Assembly: GCA_965240325.2 (NCBI GenBank)
Contig: OZ251251.1
Location: 682,001 to 746,000, forward strand
Direction: 5' to 3'
Source of the DNA: Rebecca billardiae RCC1528
Taxonomy: Eukaryota > Protista > Haptophyta
Length of the DNA stretch: 64,000 bases
The notes beneath the pieces are model-generated. The model was not told the DNA's origin and did no database searches. It worked only from the letters and a program-made list of their open reading frames with translations. Shown here piece by piece: positions 58,827 through 64,000 of the stretch (position 1 is its first letter; each line of letters opens with the position of its first letter). The position numbers and the translations under genes were made by a program.

Positions 58827-60863
58827 CACAGTAAAGAAATCGATTTTCGGCGTTACCGTAACCCGTCCGCACTTCCGCCCAGTGGGGATGCGGGGGATTT
58901 TTTTTCATGCCGCGTTCGCGGCACTTCGCGCCGCCACAGTGGAGAAAGATCGGGCCGAAGCCGTTTGAGCATGGTCGCTTGTGCGCACGCCCATTCGAAT
59001 CGATGGCGCGCTCCGAGCGGCGGGCGTGCGCGCATGTGTGCCGCGAGGGGGGCTGCGAGGCGTCGGCCGGCTTGCCAAGGCGGTTCCCCGGGGCGGCGTC
59101 ACCCTCGCCCGCCCCTCCTCGCCCACCCTCGCCCCACGGGCGGCCACACGTGACCTGTTAAGATGACTTCACGGGAGCCGCGCGGCACGCGCGCGGAGAG
59201 GCGAGGGAAGCGGTGTTTCGCGGAAAAACGTTCTATAGCATTGTGCTCAACCCATGTGGGCACCCGCTCCACACGTTTGTACGCCGCCAAACCGCACACA
59301 GCGGCCTGAGCAGCTCCCAGACTGACTTTCGCTCTTGAAGCCTGTTTTTGGGCCAGATCTTGGTGTGGATGTAGCGCGGCGAGGAGGCGCCGGGCGCGCG
59401 CCCGAGCTGCGTGCTGCCACTCGCCATGACCCATAGACATCGTCCGTCGCGAACGACCCGGCTCGCCTCGACCTCTCCGACCCGCCGGGCAGCCACGACC
59501 GAGCGCGCAGCCAACGGTGTCCAAACAGAGGCTTCTCAGACCGCGTGGGATGGGCATAGGCGCGAGAGAGGGCGCCCAGCGCGCTCTTGAGATGCACAGG
59601 AGCACGCACTGATGCGTATGGAACCATCCCATCACGATCGCCCCGACCTGGCGCGCCCTATCTGGCCCGTCAGGCTGCCCGCGCCGCCGCCGCCGCGCCT
59701 CGCCGCCGCCACGGGCGCCGCCGCATCGCGGGCACGTGGGTAAGTCTGTATTCAACAAATACAGAATTTCCGGTGCGGCCCTCTGTTGGGCGGCAAGGTC
59801 GATCTGGTCGACACCTTGCCGCGCGGCATGGGCCACGGCGCGGCGAGGTGGCGGCTGGCGCACCGCGGCGCGGGCGGGATGGCTCGAGGACACCACCGCC
59901 CCGCCTCCCACGCCGCGCCGTGCGCGTGCGCCGTGCTCTCGTCGCGTACCGAATTTCCTGCGGCGAGCGACGTCACACAGCGCGACCATGCCATCGCGCG
60001 ACCAAGTGCCGTCCAGCGCGGCGATTTGTCGTATTTGTTGAATACATGCGGGTACGAATCGGACGTACGACGCCCTCGACGCACACGTCGAGAGTCACGC
60101 GCGCGGCGTGGACTGGCACGCGACGCGGAGATGGCGGGCGCGGTGCCGCGGGCGCGCGACTGGTCTAGAACAGCACAATGAAGCGCGGGACGGCGCCGCG
60201 CGCGTGGGCTCGCTGCCGTCTCCTCGCAGTCGAATATTTCTGTGCACCCTCCTACCAGGTCAGTCGACCGACTTGCACGCGGCATGCGAGCACTGCGTGC
60301 GGGGAGGAGTGTGACATGGCAGGCTGTGGCGAGGTGGATTGCCGTGCAGGAGTATGCTAGGAAGGGCCGCTCCCGCGCTCGCGCGGTGCCTCGCGCACGC
60401 CTCGTCGAGGACGAGCGTGTTTGAATGGCTCCGGGGAGGCCTGAGACTTCGCTTGTTCACAGCAGCGCGCGACAGGTGCACACAACGAAGGTGACGACCA
60501 GGCACTCCGGCGAGGGCGGCTGCGCTGGCAGCAGACTGCATTCGGAGTAAGATGCGCCATCTTACGCGCCGCTTCGCCTCGCTGCATCGCCGCACTGAGC
60601 AGCAGGGCTCCACGCTCACGAATGGCTCACCACGAGCTACGTGACCGGCCAGCCGCGTGCAACCCGGCGAGGCAGAGAGGGGCGGAGAGATGGGGAGGCT
60701 GGGTGGGATGTTGCAGTCCCATGCCCGGGGCACTCGTCAGGCGCCTGCGCGGCCACCGTAGCGTCTTCTGTGCGCTCGTGCGGCCCGCGCGAGAATTTCC
60801 CCGAAAATCGGCTCGTGTCGGATACGGGTTACGGTAACGATAATCCCGTTTTTGTTCACTGTG
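58827..60863. mobile_element. ~2-kb non-autonomous element with CACAGT termini (CACTA/Mirage/Chapaev/Transib-like)
   Basis: Both ends read CACAGT-N18-CGTTACCGTAACCCGT; AA on both flanks. Confidence 0.75.
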
Positions 60864-61914
60864 AATATCGTATATCTACATCTGCTTATGACGACGATTA
60901 TTATAAACTAATAGTATATGTATACATATATGACCGCGTTCCGCGGTCCTTCCGTAGAACCAACGTAGTTAGGGGCCCGCGGTGCACCCTCCGTCGGCTG
61001 CTGTCTCAGTCTGGTCAACATGGCGGGCCGATGAGGACTGTCGCCGCGGGCCCGCGCGAAGAACTAAGAAGTACGGACGGCGGCCGGGGCAGCGGCGCGC
61101 GCGCGCAGGGCGAGCCTGCCTTGAGGTGCTCGCGCTGCGCCACGCGCTCGACGACGGGCCGCTGGTCGCTCAGCCGGCGCGCCTCGTGCCGGCAGAGCGA
61201 GAGCGCGCACCACTCTGCTGGCCCCACCCCCAGCGGCCCCAGCCTGCGCTCACGGCGCTGCGCAGCCGCGCACCGAGAGGCGAGACCGAGCGGAGCTCGG
61301 GGTGGAACGAGGCGAGCGGCGGGTCGCGCCTGCCGCCGCGCGTGCGCGCCTGCTCCACCGCGCCACCGTGCTCGCCCGCCGCCTCCTCCGCCGCGTCGGC
61401 CTCGAAGCCACGGCGGCGGCCAGCCAGCCTCCGACCGAGGCGGAGCCCGTGCGTGCTCACTCACCCGGCGCGGTGGCGCCCTCGAGTCGACGGCCGTCTA
61501 CTCCACAGCTGGCTGCTCGAGCTGCTGCACGGGGCGTCGCGACGAGGGCGCCGCGCGCGCCCAGCGCGTCCGTCGCCGCGTCGCGCAGCGCGTCGAGCTC
61601 GGCGCCGCGCTTCGCCAGCTCGGCGCCCAGCGCCTCCGTGCGCACTCGTGCTCATTCGATTGTCGTCATCGCGCTCGTCGGCTCCGTGGCGAGCCCGCGG
61701 GGCGGACGAGCGGACTACTGCGCGCCGCAGCAGGAGCAGCGCGCGGCGCGCAGCGCTCCGCGCGCAGCAGGGCCGTCTCCTCATCCACCGAGTGCACGGC
61801 CTGCGCGGCGGCGACGCTATGTGCGAATCAAGGCCTATATGGCCGGCCATGACCGATGATATTGGCCGCTAGGCGGCCATGGCCGATGGTTAGCGGTCGA
61901 CCATCCATCTCGGG

Positions 61915-62347
61915 CAGCGATCCCGGTTCGCTGAAAAAGTTCGCGAACGGGTTCGCGAACGGTCTTCGTTCGCCTAGGTTCGCGTTCGTTCGCCTCATCG
62001 GCTGGCCTCGGGCGAAGTTCGCGAACTCGCGAACCGGTTCGCGAACTACGCGAACTTGTTCGTGAACCCCCCACTGTCAATCTCCCATATGTAAGCGGCC
62101 AATCTCAAGGTAATCTTGGGTCGATATTCCAATATGATTTCCGCCAAACTGGGAGAATATTCAATATTTAATCAAGTTTTCCTATTAAATCGAATAAATA
62201 ATCGGTTCGCGTACGGTTCGCGAAAGTTTGCGAGTTCGTTCGCGAGAGGGCCGTCGGGGAGGCAGTGAGTTCGCGAACTCCCGTGGTTCGCGAACCGAGG
62301 TTCGTGAGTTCGTTCGCGAGGCCAGATTACACGAACCGGGATCGCTG
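61915..62347. mobile_element. hAT-type MITE (433 bp)
   Basis: Perfect 16-bp TIR CAGCGATCCCGGTTCG; perfect 8-bp TSD ATCTCGGG; many subterminal TTCGCGAA motifs; AT-rich core. Confidence 0.92.
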
Positions 62348-63701
62348 ATCTCGGGCATCTCTGGCCGATGGGTATTGGCCGATGGCCGTCCGGCGGCCGG
62401 ACCGCCGTACTCGTAGGCCGCGCCGGACGGCACGGCCACGGCGCCGGCGCGTGATGGCCGCGTGAGCACGCCGCGCGGGCTGCAGCACTGTCCGACTCTG
62501 CACGGTCGTAGTTCGAGAGGGCGGCCCCGGGGCTCGGCCGACCCAACTGGTGGACTTGTTGAGCCCCAGTGGCGGTCTCGACCGAGCTTGGCAGGTGTGT
62601 GTGTGTGCCTGTGTGTGTTAATCTGATATATACTATATCAGTTACAGGCGACTATGTCTATATATTGCGATGTATTTGCCGATTCTGCGCGCCGGCCCGG
62701 CGAGTGAAGGACGCGAGGTGCAGCAGGCGGCGAGCCCGGCGAGACTCCGAGGGCGAGTCAGCGGCCGCACCCGCGCCCGCGACCGCGCCCACGCCTGCGC
62801 CCACGTGACCCCTACTTCTGCCACGCGGCTCGCGCTTGCACTGCCAGCAGCGCTGCGGCATCGTCTCACGCAGACCACGTCTGCCGACGCGGCGACTGCG
62901 GCAGCCTCGCGGCGAGCGGACGAGCGGTGGCTGCCGCAGCACAGTAGTCGGCTGCAAGCAGCTTCTGCGACGAGATCATGCCCAGACCGAGAGTCAAGCC
63001 GACCTCGTTGGGGTACCGCATACGTTCTGCCCGAGTGGCGAATAATCTTTTGCCGAAAAAGAAAAAGAGGTGAATGAATATATATATATATATGATGTAT
63101 TCATTTATTCATTTATTCGTCGTAGTCGGCCACTGGCCGATGAACGGGCAAACGTGGGCATCCTGTGGCCGACGGGTTGGCCGACGCCCGTCGAGGCTTG
63201 ATTCGCACACAGCGGCGACGGCGGCGCGCGCCGCCGCGGGGGGACGCACGCGCTGCGGGCCGAGATGAGTCCGGCCGCCGAGCCGCGGTGGCGGCGTCGG
63301 CGTGCGCGCCGGGCGAGGTGGGCGAGCTCACGCGGCCCGGGCTCAGCACGCCCGTGCACAGCGCCGGCCGCGGTGGCGAGCGCGCACCGCTCGGCCGCGG
63401 TGGCAACCGGCTGAGCGGTTGATGTTTGAAGCCGCGAGGTCAGCGACGTCTCCGATGACTCGGCCATGATTGTGGTCCTCCTTCGCCCACGGGTGCTTTG
63501 TCGACCATCCGCTGGAGGCGCGCCAACGTCGGTACGGACAGCGCCTGCTTGAGCGTCGTGATGTGCATCAGCTCGAGCCGGCCGAAGATGGGCCCGCCGA
63601 CGGCGATGATCATGATGTGCGCGCTTGCCGCTTGGGCACCCGTCCTCGTCGCGAGACGCTGGCGGGCGGGTAACCCGTTTTTCTTATTTCATTATGGCAA
63701 A

Positions 63702-63920
63702 GGAGGTTCATCCATCGAGGCAGGCGGGTAACTTGGTTTAACCAGCGCTATTCAAAACAATCCCTTCATTATGACACTCAGGAGGTTCATCCATCGAGGC
63801 AGACGGGTGACTTGGTTGGACAAGCGCTATTGAAAAGAATCTCTTTTAATATGACGAGGCGGTTCATCCATCGAGGCAGGCGGGTAACGTATTTGAACAA
63901 GCACTATTCAAAAGAATCTG
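63702..63920. repeat. Degenerate ~78-bp tandem repeat x ~3
   Basis: GGTTCATCCATCGAGGCAG...CTATT.AAA recurs in units starting at ~63702, 63781 and 63858. Confidence 0.85.
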
Positions 63921-64000
63921 GCCTCATAGCTGTTTTCGACCCAAAACAATCAAACGTCGCTCGGCAAACTCGTACTTCAGCATACAAGAGGGGTAGGAAT

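Noticed and set aside
60982-61850. Possible gene
   Set aside because: Only short coding-like fragments (e.g. LAKRGAELDALRDAA); no coherent model on either strand
63702-63920. CRISPR-like repeat-spacer array
   Set aside because: The inter-core segments are homologous to each other, and the context is eukaryotic

Overview
64 kb of very GC-rich eukaryotic DNA. Short introns have GTGCGC-type donors and are filled with (CG)n/(GT)n; TTAGGG repeats and signal-peptide-bearing plastid-type proteins are present. By inference this is an alga, plausibly a haptophyte. About 16 host genes: nucleotide-sugar transporter, frameshifted F-box/RCC1, sulfotransferase, zeta-toxin-like kinase, GT10 fucosyltransferase, fibrillin, a Ufd2-core/UBC/UBA fusion, multicopper oxidase, Mrp/NBP35 ATPase, DHHC acyltransferase, hybrid histidine kinase, HisRS, a HARE-HTH-like protein and a few hypotheticals. 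They are interleaved with a Ty1/copia element and several non-autonomous DNA elements. The most unusual structure is a 6.4-kb TA-flanked element (47734-54150): a DD47E Tc1/IS630-type transposase and a 7 x 417-bp tandem array enclosed by two apparently identical 794-bp LTR-like direct repeats, each with inverted ends. A 700-bp element with hairpin ends (13351-14050) repeats this layout in miniature. All family assignments come from motif recognition by eye; exon boundaries are approximate.
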